NCBI GenBank assembly: GCA_965208575.1
Contig: CBDBOV010000004.1
Location: forward strand, 928,001 to 992,000
Reading direction: 5' to 3'
DNA: 64,000 nucleotides
From: Spirochaetia bacterium
GTDB lineage: Bacteria > Spirochaetota > Spirochaetia > SZUA-6 > Bin103
The stretch's first letter is position 1; every line of letters begins with the position of its first letter. Positions 40,885 to 49,898 of the stretch are shown here, one piece after another. Below the pieces are notes generated by a model. The model did no database searches and was not told the DNA's origin. It saw only the letters and a program-made list of their open reading frames with translations. A program made the translations under genes and the position numbers.

Positions 40885-40900
40885 AGAGCCATGTGGCTCT
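40885..40900. promoter_or_regulatory. Candidate operator palindrome upstream of Xre/RES
   Basis: AGAGCCA-TG-TGGCTCT lies next to TTGCAA at 40876-40881. Confidence 0.35.
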
Positions 40901-40948
40901 GTGCACCAGAGTGGATGTACGCTATTCTGTGACCGCAGGGAGATGGTC

Positions 40949-41422
40949 ATGAAATCGCTACACTCCTACTCTGAACCCGGGACCTTGCTCGAGACCGAGC
41001 CACTACGGCTGGCGAAGCTACTCTCGCTAAGCGTTCCCGAGGACTTCGACGAAGTAGCACTTGCTCGCACCGTGGCAAAGGGACTTCCGCCTAGTAGCGT
41101 GACTGCGCTGATTGAGGTGCTTGACATCGACCGGTCGGAAATCATCGGGCCTGTCATTCCGCGGGGAACGCTACAACGGCTGACGAAGAGCGGCAGACCG
41201 CTTTCGAGGGAGTATAGCGAACGGATCTACTCCCTCGGTCGCGTGATCGATGCCGTTGGACGCGCGTATCACGGCGACTCCAAGCAGGTCAAGGGATTCC
41301 TGTACCGTCCGCATCAGATGCTTGGTGGCGATACGCCCCTGCACATGGCGCTATCCAGCTCTGCTGGTGCAGACGCCGTGCTGAGTCTGCTTGATTGGGC
41401 GGATGCCGGCGTCTCTGTTTGA
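40949..41422 (+). CDS. Xre/MbcA/ParS-type antitoxin
   Basis: GGGAG SD, an HTH-like region (GLP...IPRGTLQR...LS...SER), and a C-terminal FL.RPH.MLGG.TP...G...V. Confidence 0.85.
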   Translation: MKSLHSYSEPGTLLETEPLRLAKLLSLSVPEDFDEVALARTVAKGLPPSSVTALIEVLDIDRSEIIGPVIPRGTLQRLTKSGRPLSREYSERIYSLGRVIDAVGRAYHGDSKQVKGFLYRPHQMLGGDTPLHMALSSSAGADAVLSLLDWADAGVSV

Positions 41423-41903
41423 TCACCCGAGACAACTACCGTCTGCCCTCACCGCTTACCGCATCGGCGATGCGAACGGTAGATTCCCTGTTTACAGCGC
41501 GGAAGGCGCTCGTACGAACGATCGCGGTCGCTGGCACCGGCGCGGCGACCGTGTGATCTACGCCTCGGAACACTACTCCACCGCGATGCTCGAGACCTTG
41601 GTGCGATGGAGCGGGGCTCCGCCATCCAATCAACACTACGTCGAAGTCACCATTCCCGCCGGTGTCAGCTACGAGGTAGTCACGGACCATGTCCTCCCTG
41701 ATTGGCATCATTCTGCCCGCACGGTCGCGCGGAAGTTCGGCCACGCGTGGTACGAACAGCAACGAAGCGCGATTCTGATAGTTCCGTCGGTTGTAGCTCG
41801 CCTCGAAAGAAATATCATCATCAACGCGACGCACGAAGAGTTTGGGAGGATCACTCCAGGACTCGACACGCCGGTTTGGTGGGACCAGAGGTTGTTTGGC
41901 TGA
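41391..41903 (+). CDS. RES domain toxin (NAD+-targeting); start uncertain
   Basis: YRI, GRW, YASE..STAMLE, VPSVV and NIIIN motifs, directly behind the Xre antitoxin. Confidence 0.9.
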   Translation: MIGRMPASLFDHPRQLPSALTAYRIGDANGRFPVYSAEGARTNDRGRWHRRGDRVIYASEHYSTAMLETLVRWSGAPPSNQHYVEVTIPAGVSYEVVTDHVLPDWHHSARTVARKFGHAWYEQQRSAILIVPSVVARLERNIIINATHEEFGRITPGLDTPVWWDQRLFG

Positions 41904-41978
41904 GTCTGTACGGTCACTCCGTGACATGGAAGACGATGAAAGCCAATGCCGGCCGGCCGGCTTTTTTCGGACCAGAGC
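41901..41978 (+). repeat. Dispersed element, copy B (begins at the RES stop codon)
   Basis: TGAGTCTGTACGGTCACTCCGTGACATGGAAGACGATGA matches copy A at 38 of 39 positions. It ends GGCTTTTTTCGGACCAG. Confidence 0.85.
41948..41967 (+). terminator. Putative intrinsic terminator inside element copy B
   Basis: A GCCGG-ccgg-CCGGC stem-loop followed by TTTTTT, downstream of the RES gene. Confidence 0.5.
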
Positions 41979-42029
41979 AGTCGGATCCAAACCACTGCCG
42001 CGGTATCGACTCGGGATGAACGCCCTGCG

Positions 42030-42422
42030 CTACTGGCCGACGTAGGTGCCATGCTCGGTCATCAGGGCGAGCAGGTTGCCGGCGGGATCGCGGAAGAAGG
42101 CCATGCGCAGCTCGTAGTCGGCGGCGGAGTGGATCACCTGCGGCGGGCCGTCGAACGTGACGCCACGTTCCTGCAACTCCGCGCATCGGCGGTCGATGTC
42201 GGCTACCTTGAAGTAGAGCGTGCAACCCGCCCCCGCGCTGCCGGCGCCGGAAGACAGCATGAGACGCACATCACCGCAGTCGAAGAACGCCAGGTTCGGC
42301 CCCGGCTGGGCGATGAACGGAACGCCGAGGGTGTCGCGGTAGAACGCTACCGCGGCATCGACATCGTCCACCGCCAGCGCTACCTGCCCGATGTGCCAGC
42401 TCGGTGCTTCGCTTGCGGACAT
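42030..42422 (-). CDS. VOC/glyoxalase family protein
   Basis: IGQVAL.V.D.D.A..FYRDTLG, LAFFDCG, YFKV.DI and FFRDP.GN motifs. Confidence 0.9.
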   Translation of the reverse strand: MSASEAPSWHIGQVALAVDDVDAAVAFYRDTLGVPFIAQPGPNLAFFDCGDVRLMLSSGAGSAGAGCTLYFKVADIDRRCAELQERGVTFDGPPQVIHSAADYELRMAFFRDPAGNLLALMTEHGTYVGQ

Positions 42423-42424
42423 CT

Positions 42425-43801
42425 TCAGGCGCTCCGCAGGCAGGCGGCGATGCGCTCGGCGCCGGTACGCAGGTCCTCGACGCCCACCCGCGAGTAGGCC
42501 AGGCGCAGGTACTCCGCGTCCGGTGCCGGCCCCTCCGCCGGAAAGAACCCGCGCCCGACCGGAAACACCACGCCGCGCGCGAGCGCACGCTCCTGTACTT
42601 CCTGCGCCTTGAGCGGCCCGGTCAGGCGCAGCCAGAGAAAGAACCCGCCCGCCGGCTCGGTGAACTGCACCACTTCGCCACACAGGTCGCGCAACGCGCC
42701 GGCAAGCGTCCGCATCTTGGTCCGGTACACGGTCCGCATCCGCGCCACGTGGGACTCCAGTTCGCCGGACACCATGAATTCGTACAGCATGCGGTGCTGC
42801 AGCGGGCTGTTGCCCATGTCGAAGCGCGCCGGCATCAGCAGGCGCAACAGTTCCGGGCGCGCCTGCAGCCAGCCGACCCGCAGGCCGGGCGCGATCACCT
42901 TGGAGAAGGTGCCGGCGGTGATCACGAAGTGTCCCTCGGCCAGCGCGCCGAGCGTCGGGAGCAGTTCGTCGCCGAAGTACAACTCGTTGTAGGCGGTGTC
43001 CTCCAGCAGCAGGACGCCGTGGCGGGCGGCCACCTCCAGCAGGTTGCGGCGGCGCGCGACCGGCATCGTGACCCCGGTGGGATTGTGGAAGGTGGGCGAC
43101 ACGTACACCATCTTCGCCGGAGTGCCGGCCGCGGCGAGCCGTGCCAGCGTGTCGTCGAGCCGGTCGACGCACATGCCATGCGCGTCCATCGGCACGCCGA
43201 CCAACCGTGCGCCGTGGCCGCGGATGGTGCGCAGGGAGCCGGAGAATGCCGGCACCTCGGTCACCACCACGTCGTCCGGATCGAGCAGCGCGGAGCAGGC
43301 GAGGTCGATGGCGCCGGCGGCGCCGTTGGCGAGCACGAAGTGATCGGCGCCGATCGCCGGCTCCCGGTCGCGGGCGAAGAACCGCGCCACCTCTTCCCGC
43401 AGTGGTTCATGGCCAAGCGGCCCGCCGTAGGAGAGCGCCGCCGCCCCGCGCTGCGCACCAGTATCGAGCGCCGGCGCACCGTTCGGGTCGCACGCGCACT
43501 CCGCCGGAGCGGTGCCGCTCGCCGATACCCCGTTGCCGGACGGCTCGGCCATGAGGGTGTCCTCGGCGTCGAGCCCGAGCGCGCGGGCGGTCGCCGCCAG
43601 CAGCCCGCGCCGCGGCAGCGTGGCGTCGTCGGGGATGCCGCCGGCCAGCGAAATCGGCGGCACCTCCGGGTCGGGCTGCCGCGATGAGAGCCCCCAATCG
43701 GTGACCGACCCCGCGCTCAGCTTGCGCACCCGCCGCGATACCAGCGCACGCAAATCGCGCGCCTCCCACCGTTCCGTCAAGACCTGTCCTGTAGCGCTCA
43801 C
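42425..43801 (-). CDS. PLP-dependent aminotransferase class I (LysN/ARO8-like, no HTH)
   Basis: ISLAGGIPD, P.FHNPTG, EDTAY and PLP-lysine motif TFSKVIAPGLRVGW, plus GGFFLW and LRLAYS. Confidence 0.92.
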   Translation of the reverse strand: MSATGQVLTERWEARDLRALVSRRVRKLSAGSVTDWGLSSRQPDPEVPPISLAGGIPDDATLPRRGLLAATARALGLDAEDTLMAEPSGNGVSASGTAPAECACDPNGAPALDTGAQRGAAALSYGGPLGHEPLREEVARFFARDREPAIGADHFVLANGAAGAIDLACSALLDPDDVVVTEVPAFSGSLRTIRGHGARLVGVPMDAHGMCVDRLDDTLARLAAAGTPAKMVYVSPTFHNPTGVTMPVARRRNLLEVAARHGVLLLEDTAYNELYFGDELLPTLGALAEGHFVITAGTFSKVIAPGLRVGWLQARPELLRLLMPARFDMGNSPLQHRMLYEFMVSGELESHVARMRTVYRTKMRTLAGALRDLCGEVVQFTEPAGGFFLWLRLTGPLKAQEVQERALARGVVFPVGRGFFPAEGPAPDAEYLRLAYSRVGVEDLRTGAERIAACLRSA

Positions 43802-44003
43802 GCTCCCAATGTAATTCGCTCCACACCACCGGTCACGCTCCACGCTCCATCGTGCGCAGTCCGGCAGCGTGGCGCACTCAGGTCGGCCGTGCGCCCTTGC
43901 ACGACAAGGCCTCCACCTCCACCCGCCTCCCGACCGTGGCCGGGTGGGACACCGGAGCCCCGCCCGCTTGCGGCGCGCGCCGACATGCGGTGTACTGCGC
44001 GGC

Positions 44004-45398
44004 ATGATCCGCGCTCTCACCCGCCTGATGACCGGTCCACCGGTCAGGGCAGGCGTGATCGGTACCGGTCACTACGCCACCGCCATCGTGTGCCAGTCGC
44101 GCTCGATACCGCAGCTCGAAGTCTCGGTGGTAGCCGATGTCGACATCGAACAGGGGCGGCGCGCCTATCGCCTGGCCGGCGTCGACGACCGGCGCATCGT
44201 GGTGTGTGACCGCCGCGCCGCCGCGCTGGCCGCCATCGAGCGCGGCGACAGCGTCGTGCTCCCGGATGCGGAGCTGATGATGGACCTGCCGCTCGCCCTC
44301 GTGGTGGAGGCGACCGGGCAGGCGGAGGCGGGCGCGCGCCACGCCGCGGCGGCGATCGCGCACGGCAAGCACGTCGCCATGGTCAACAAGGAAGCGGACG
44401 TCAGCGTCGGACCGATCCTCAAGCACCGAGCCGACCGCGCCGGGGTGGTGTACAGCGCCGTGGACGGCGACCAGCACGGCCTGCTGATCGGCCTGGTGGA
44501 CTGGGCGCGCACCCTCGGCCTGCGCGTGATCTCCGGCGGCAAGGCGGGCGACCGCGATCACATCTTTGACCCCGTGCTGCGGATGGTCGCGCACTCCGGC
44601 GGCCGGTTCCAGGTCGATCTCGATGGCGAGCAGGCCGCCGCGTTCGCACCGATCGACGCGCAGGATGCGGGCGTCACGGTCGCCGCGCGGCGCCGCTCCC
44701 TGCGCCACGTTTCCGGCATCGGCGGCTGGGACGTGGGCGAGATGGCGATTGCCGCCAACGCCACCGGCCTGCTGCCCGACGTGCCCGAGCTGCACGCGCC
44801 GATCACGCGCATCGCCGAGATCCCCGCGGTATTGTGCAGCCGCGCGGAGGGCGGCATTCTGAACCGCGACGGGGCCATCGAGTCGGTGATCTGCCTGCGC
44901 CAGCCGCACGAGGCAGGCCTCGGCGGCGGCGTGTTCGTGGTGGTAGACAGCGCCAGCGACTACGCGCGCCGCATCATGGTGAGCAAGGGGCTGATCGGCA
45001 ACCGCCGCGGCTCGGCGGCGCTCGTCTACCGCCCGCACCACCTGTGCGGCGTGGAGACCCCGCTCACCATGCTGTGCGCCGCACTGCTCGGCGCGCCGAC
45101 CGGCGCCGGCGAACTGCTGCCGCGCGTGGACGTGGTGGCGCATGCCGCCGAGGATCTCGCGAAGGGAGAAGTGTTGCCCGGCGACCACAGTCCGCGCCTC
45201 AAGTTCCTGATGACCCGGGCCGCGCCGCTGGACGCCGGCGCCCCGCTCCCGTTCCACCTGGCCAGCGGCAATCGCCTGGCGTGCGATGTGGCCATCGGCA
45301 CGCCCCTCACCGCCGCCACTGTTGAGGAGCCGCCGCACTCGACGCTGTGGGAATTGCGCCGGGAGCAGGACGCCCACTTTCTGAACAGCGACCGCTGA
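44004..45398 (+). CDS. NAD(P)-dependent oxidoreductase with SAF domain (COG4091 type), paralog 2
   Basis: IGTGHYA, VEATG, NKEAD..VGP, DGDQH, EMAIAANATGL and YRPHHL.G.E motifs, with a SAF-like tail. Confidence 0.85.
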   Translation: MIRALTRLMTGPPVRAGVIGTGHYATAIVCQSRSIPQLEVSVVADVDIEQGRRAYRLAGVDDRRIVVCDRRAAALAAIERGDSVVLPDAELMMDLPLALVVEATGQAEAGARHAAAAIAHGKHVAMVNKEADVSVGPILKHRADRAGVVYSAVDGDQHGLLIGLVDWARTLGLRVISGGKAGDRDHIFDPVLRMVAHSGGRFQVDLDGEQAAAFAPIDAQDAGVTVAARRRSLRHVSGIGGWDVGEMAIAANATGLLPDVPELHAPITRIAEIPAVLCSRAEGGILNRDGAIESVICLRQPHEAGLGGGVFVVVDSASDYARRIMVSKGLIGNRRGSAALVYRPHHLCGVETPLTMLCAALLGAPTGAGELLPRVDVVAHAAEDLAKGEVLPGDHSPRLKFLMTRAAPLDAGAPLPFHLASGNRLACDVAIGTPLTAATVEEPPHSTLWELRREQDAHFLNSDR

Positions 45399-45529
45399 CG
45401 CGCCGTGACCGCCGCCGCGGCACCTCCCGGAACCCGCGCCGCCCGCCGGTCCGGTCGGATGCGGTGTGCCGCCAACCGGCATCCCACGCTCTGCCGCTGA
45501 GCGCGCTCAAGCGACTGCCGCCGCACTCA

Positions 45530-45615
45530 TGAGTCGGCACGGTCACTCCGTGACATGGACGACGTTGAACCGATACCCGAGCATCGCTCGGCTGCCGGCT
45601 CTTCGGACCAGGGCA
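45530..45615 (+). repeat. Dispersed element, copy C
   Basis: TGAGTCGGCACGGTCACTCCGTGACATGGACGACGTTGAACCGATACCCGAGCATCGCTCGG...CTTCGGACCAG is colinear with copies A and B. Confidence 0.85.
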
Positions 45616-45827
45616 CCGGTGGGCGCCGCGTGACAGCGCACAACGTGGCTGCGCGTGGCTACTGCGACTACCCTTGCACGTGAGACCGTAGCGAGATCGG
45701 TCTTGGCGATGAGCTGTGACACACCTGCGCACCCCGGCCCGGTCGAGTGCAGCCGCCGGCCCCGTCCGGGTGACAACGCTGCGGGGACCTTCGACAGCCG
45801 CGGCCGCGGAGGACCGTCTCGCTTTGG

Positions 45828-47117
45828 CTATGGCGCATGCTCCCGCAGGCGGGTTGCCAAGTCGGACACCGCGCCGGCATCCGCGGCCGGGTGCCGTTCC
45901 TGGGTGCGGCGTCGGAGGTCCTTGACCATCACGGCGGCGGCCGCCGCCTCGTCGGGGCCGATGATCAGCGCGTAGCGAGCGCCGACCCGGTCGGCGTGCT
46001 TCAGTTGGCGGTCCAGGCGCTGATTCGGGTCCAGGCACAACTCTACGGCGACCCCGCGCGCGCGCAGTGCCTCGGCCAGGCGCCCCGAGGCCGCCTGCAG
46101 ACCGCCGTCGAACACCGTGACGACCGCCGTCGGGCCACTCGCCGCCGGCACCGGAACGCGGTCGAGCGCGCGCAGCAACTCCAGCAGCGCCAGGTCGCCA
46201 ACCGCCATGCCGACGCCGGGAATGCGCTGCTTGCCGCCCACCTGACGGGTCAGGTCGTCGTAGCGGCCGCCGCCGAAAATCGCGCGCCGCAGATCGCCGG
46301 TGGCCCACGCCTCGAACACCGTGCCGGTGTAGTAGTCGAAGCCGCGCGCAATGGCGCGGTCGATGCTCGCGTACTCGTCATGGCCGCCGATGGCGAGCTG
46401 CTCCATGATGGTCGCCAGCCGTGCCGGGGGCTCGGTCACTGGCGAGCCGACGAACGCCACCAGCTCGCCGGCCTGCCCTTCGCCCAGGCCCAGTTCGACC
46501 AGTTGGCCTTGCGCGCGCTCATCGCCCACTTTGTCCAGACGGTCGATCACGGCGAACACCCCGCGCACCTGTTCCGCGGCGACGCCGAGCGTCCCGGTGA
46601 GCTCGGCCTCCATGGCGGCGCGGTCGTTGATCCTGATCTGCACCTCGGCCGGGCCGAGCCCAAGCGCCCTGAACAGCGCGCAGGCCACCTGGATCACCTC
46701 GGCGTCGGCGACCGCGCTCTCGCTGCCGAGCAGGTCCACGTTCCACTGGAAGAAGGAGCGGCCGCGGCCGCGCTGCGGGCGCTCGTAGCGGAAGAACTGT
46801 CCGAACGACTGCCAGCGCGCCGGCAGGGCGATCTCCCGCTCCCGCGCCGCGATCATGCGCGCGAGGGTGGGCGTCAGCTCAGGGCGCAGCAGCAGCGCCT
46901 TGCCGTCGCGGTCCTGGATCCGGAACGTCTGCTTGGTAATGATCTCTTCGCTGCTCTTGCCGAGATACAGGTCGAGGTACTCGACCGCGGGCCCCTCGTA
47001 CTCCCGGTAGCCGTAACCGCGGCCGGCGGCCAGCATGATCTCGCGCAGGGCGATCTGCTGCGCCCAGTCATCCGGGTAAAAGTCCTGCGTCCCCTTGACG
47101 CGCGCTACAGGAGGCAT
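45828..47117 (-). CDS. hisS: Histidine--tRNA ligase
   Basis: KGTQDF, LRPELT, FRYERPQRGR.R.F.Q, RGFDYYTG and GGGRYD motifs. The C-terminal anticodon-binding domain distinguishes it from HisZ. Confidence 0.95.
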   Translation of the reverse strand: MPPVARVKGTQDFYPDDWAQQIALREIMLAAGRGYGYREYEGPAVEYLDLYLGKSSEEIITKQTFRIQDRDGKALLLRPELTPTLARMIAAREREIALPARWQSFGQFFRYERPQRGRGRSFFQWNVDLLGSESAVADAEVIQVACALFRALGLGPAEVQIRINDRAAMEAELTGTLGVAAEQVRGVFAVIDRLDKVGDERAQGQLVELGLGEGQAGELVAFVGSPVTEPPARLATIMEQLAIGGHDEYASIDRAIARGFDYYTGTVFEAWATGDLRRAIFGGGRYDDLTRQVGGKQRIPGVGMAVGDLALLELLRALDRVPVPAASGPTAVVTVFDGGLQAASGRLAEALRARGVAVELCLDPNQRLDRQLKHADRVGARYALIIGPDEAAAAAVMVKDLRRRTQERHPAADAGAVSDLATRLREHAP

Positions 47118-47169
47118 AGGCCGTAATATAGCAACAGCGGACACCCCGGCGCGTCAGACGCCTGCGGAA

Positions 47170-48060
47170 TCACTCGTTCAACGCGTCGGATATCCGCCTT
47201 CCAACCTCCGGGTCTTCGAACATGGATGTGTGGCTGCCATCCTGAACGGCGACCACCGTGCTGCCCGCCGACTCCAGGAACGTGACCTCGTCGTCGGTCA
47301 GCCGTCCCACGTTGATGTCTTTGGTTCCGTAGACGTAGATGACCCGCTGCAGGTCTTCGCCGCGTAGCAGTTCCGTGTAGCGATCGTATCCGGTCGCCCC
47401 GGCGATGCGCATCTCCATCAGTTCACGGGCGGTCTTGGGGGGAAACAACGGATGATCCTGTCCGGGAACCTCCGTCGGCGTCACGGCGTCCGGGAAGAAA
47501 TATTCCGTCCCCGTCAGAAATCCGCTGACCACCTCTTCCTGCATGTCCAGGCGGCCCGCCATCAGCAGGTACCGATCGGCCGCGTCCGGGCCTCTGAGCG
47601 CCAGATAGCGTGCTAACAGGAACGCGCCGTAGGAGTGCCCGATCACCACGACGCGCTTGTCCTGAGCCTTGAAGTGCTTGATCGTGCGGTCCAGGATCTC
47701 GACGCTTACGTCCACCTCCGCCTGCAAGTCCGCAAGCGGCCACTCGCCGTCTCGCTCGGCCAGGTCGTGATTGAGGGTAAGGGTCTGATGGACCTGAACG
47801 AACTGTACGTCCTCTCGCCCCGGGTAGAAGGTGAAGGAATCGTACGCCGACGGATCGAACTCATGGATGGGGCCACCCTGTTCGAAGATCCACACGGTAT
47901 CGGACTCGACGTTGTTGAGCGTCCTGAACAGCTCGGTGACGTCGGCGGGAATCGGCGTCGGCTGGTATGGCACGAAGCCCCGGCCACAACCGGTGACGAG
48001 AGCCCCTGCAAGCAGGAGAGTGGTCAGCGCAAGGCGCGAGCGGTGGTTCCTGATCGGCAT
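47170..48060 (-). CDS. Alpha/beta hydrolase, predicted lipoprotein
   Basis: Lipobox VTG-C, QGGP, nucleophile elbow GHSYG, YGTKD and DGSH, which give a Ser-Asp-His triad. Confidence 0.82.
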   Translation of the reverse strand: MPIRNHRSRLALTTLLLAGALVTGCGRGFVPYQPTPIPADVTELFRTLNNVESDTVWIFEQGGPIHEFDPSAYDSFTFYPGREDVQFVQVHQTLTLNHDLAERDGEWPLADLQAEVDVSVEILDRTIKHFKAQDKRVVVIGHSYGAFLLARYLALRGPDAADRYLLMAGRLDMQEEVVSGFLTGTEYFFPDAVTPTEVPGQDHPLFPPKTARELMEMRIAGATGYDRYTELLRGEDLQRVIYVYGTKDINVGRLTDDEVTFLESAGSTVVAVQDGSHTSMFEDPEVGRRISDALNE

Positions 48061-48096
48061 GTTTCTACCCTCCCTTCGAGGTCGTCCAAGAAGTGA

Positions 48097-48132
48097 ACGT
48101 ATCCATTGTACGACGGAGACGTATCCATTGTA
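48097..48132. repeat. 14-bp direct repeat with 22-bp period in a divergent promoter region
   Basis: acgtatccattgta occurs at 48097-48110 and 48119-48132. Each copy contains TACAAT on the minus strand. Confidence 0.85.
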
Positions 48133-48223
48133 TCGCCCTGGCGCCGCGGGAACTTGATCGGCGTTCGCCGGGCGACTCGGGGGCCGGGCGCGTCGTATAG
48201 TTGCGGCCGAGGCAGGAGGTTCC

Positions 48224-49219
48224 ATGGCATTCACCGTTTGCGTTACTACCGAGTACGACCGCGAGGTGATTGCGCCCGCGCTGGCGCAGTTGCCGCCGGA
48301 GGTGCGGGTCACGTTTGGGCCGGAGGTGGGGCGCGACCTGACTCGCGGCGAGGTCCTGACGGCGGCCGCGGATGCCGGCGCCGTGATCGCGAGCAGTGAG
48401 GCGTACGACGCCGACCTGTTCCGGGCGCTGCCGGGGTTGCGCATGGTGACCCGCGACGGCGTCGGCTACAACGCGGTCGACCTGGAGGCGGCCACCGAGC
48501 ACGGCGTGCTGGTGACCAACGCGCCGGTGATGCACGTCGCCACCGCCAACTTCGCCATGGGGCTGATCACCGCTCTGGTACGGCGCATCGTGGTGGCGGA
48601 CCGCGAAACCCGCAACCGCGGCTGGACGCGCCGCGAGCTGTTCCTGGCGCCGGGCCTGGACGCCATGACCCTCGGCATCGTGGGCTACGGCAACATCGGT
48701 CGCGGCGTGGCGCAGCGGGCGCTTGCGCACGGCATGCGGGTGCTGGCGTTCAGCCGCGGCCTGACCGCCGCCCAGGCGCAGCGCGACGGGGTGACGCTGA
48801 CGCCGGTCGACCAGATCCTGGCTGCCAGCGACGTGGTGAGCCTGCACGTGCCACTGACCGACCACACCACCGGCCTCGTCGGGGCAGCGGAACTGGCCAG
48901 CATGAAGCCGGGCGGCTACCTGGTCAACACCAGCCGCGGCGCGGTAGTGGACGAGGCGGCGCTGATCGAAGCGCTGCGTTCCGGTCACCTGGCCGGCGCC
49001 GCCCTGGACGTGTTCGAGGAGGAGCCGGTGGCCGACGACAACCCGCTGCTGACCATGGAGAACACCATCGTCAGCCCGCACATCGGCAGCGACACCACCG
49101 TGGCCACCCACGGCGCCGTGCAGATGTGCGTGGCCAACATCACCGCCTACCTGCAGGGCGCCCGGCCGCCCAACCTGCTCAACCCGGAGGTGCTCAACCG
49201 CATCGAGCTGCCCGGCTGA
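48224..49219 (+). CDS. D-2-hydroxyacid dehydrogenase family (SerA/GyaR-like)
   Basis: GVGYN.VD, GIVGYGNIG, NTSRG, DVFEEEP and SPHIG motifs, with a GGAGG SD. Confidence 0.93.
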   Translation: MAFTVCVTTEYDREVIAPALAQLPPEVRVTFGPEVGRDLTRGEVLTAAADAGAVIASSEAYDADLFRALPGLRMVTRDGVGYNAVDLEAATEHGVLVTNAPVMHVATANFAMGLITALVRRIVVADRETRNRGWTRRELFLAPGLDAMTLGIVGYGNIGRGVAQRALAHGMRVLAFSRGLTAAQAQRDGVTLTPVDQILAASDVVSLHVPLTDHTTGLVGAAELASMKPGGYLVNTSRGAVVDEAALIEALRSGHLAGAALDVFEEEPVADDNPLLTMENTIVSPHIGSDTTVATHGAVQMCVANITAYLQGARPPNLLNPEVLNRIELPG

Positions 49220-49507
49220 GCCGCTCCTGCCAACCGGTGGAGCAACGGACGGCGCATGCGCGTCAACTCACCGGCCGCCGGGAGCGCCGGCGAGGCCCGC
49301 GCCTGGTGCAGGCGGGGTGCGACACCCGAGGCGCGCTGCCGCAAGCCGCCGTGCGCGTCCCCGCACCGCCGCCGGCGCGCGGCGCACGCCCGCCCTTGGA
49401 GACAGCCGGATGTCGTCCGGGTCCGCCGGCAGCGCGGCGCGGCCCGGCAAGGCCCGACAGCGGGGCGGGTGCAGCGGGACGCCATTCATGCTACCTTCGC
49501 CGCCGTC

Positions 49508-49894
49508 ATGGCCAACCAAATCAGCGACGCTCCACGGGGCGTGACCAAGCAGAGTGCCGACGTTCCTTGCCAGCCGGTCGCGGCCGGCACCGCCACCGAG
49601 ACGCACGTGCTGATCGGTCCGGACGACGGCGCGCCCAACTTCGCGCTGCGCCGCTTCGTGATGGGCGCCGGCGGCGGCATGCCGCGCCATACCAACGCCG
49701 TGGAGCACGAGCAGTTCGTGCTGACCGGCGCGGCCCGGGTCACCATCGGCGACACCGTGCACGACGTGTGCGCCGGCACAGCGCTGTACATTCCCGCCGA
49801 GGTGCCGCACTCCTACGAGGTGACCGAGGCGCCGTTCGAGTTTCTGTGCATCGTCCCCAACCGCGAGGACTGCATTACCCTGGTCGAAGGGTGA
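49508..49894 (+). CDS. Cupin domain protein
   Basis: PNFALRRF, P.HTN.VEHEQ and IPA.VPHSY motifs. Confidence 0.88.
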   Translation: MANQISDAPRGVTKQSADVPCQPVAAGTATETHVLIGPDDGAPNFALRRFVMGAGGGMPRHTNAVEHEQFVLTGAARVTIGDTVHDVCAGTALYIPAEVPHSYEVTEAPFEFLCIVPNREDCITLVEG

Positions 49895-49898
49895 GGCG

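Noticed and set aside
45828-47117. HisZ rather than HisS
   Set aside because: It has the anticodon-binding domain and intact catalytic motifs, and the HisG in this window is the long form, which does not need HisZ.
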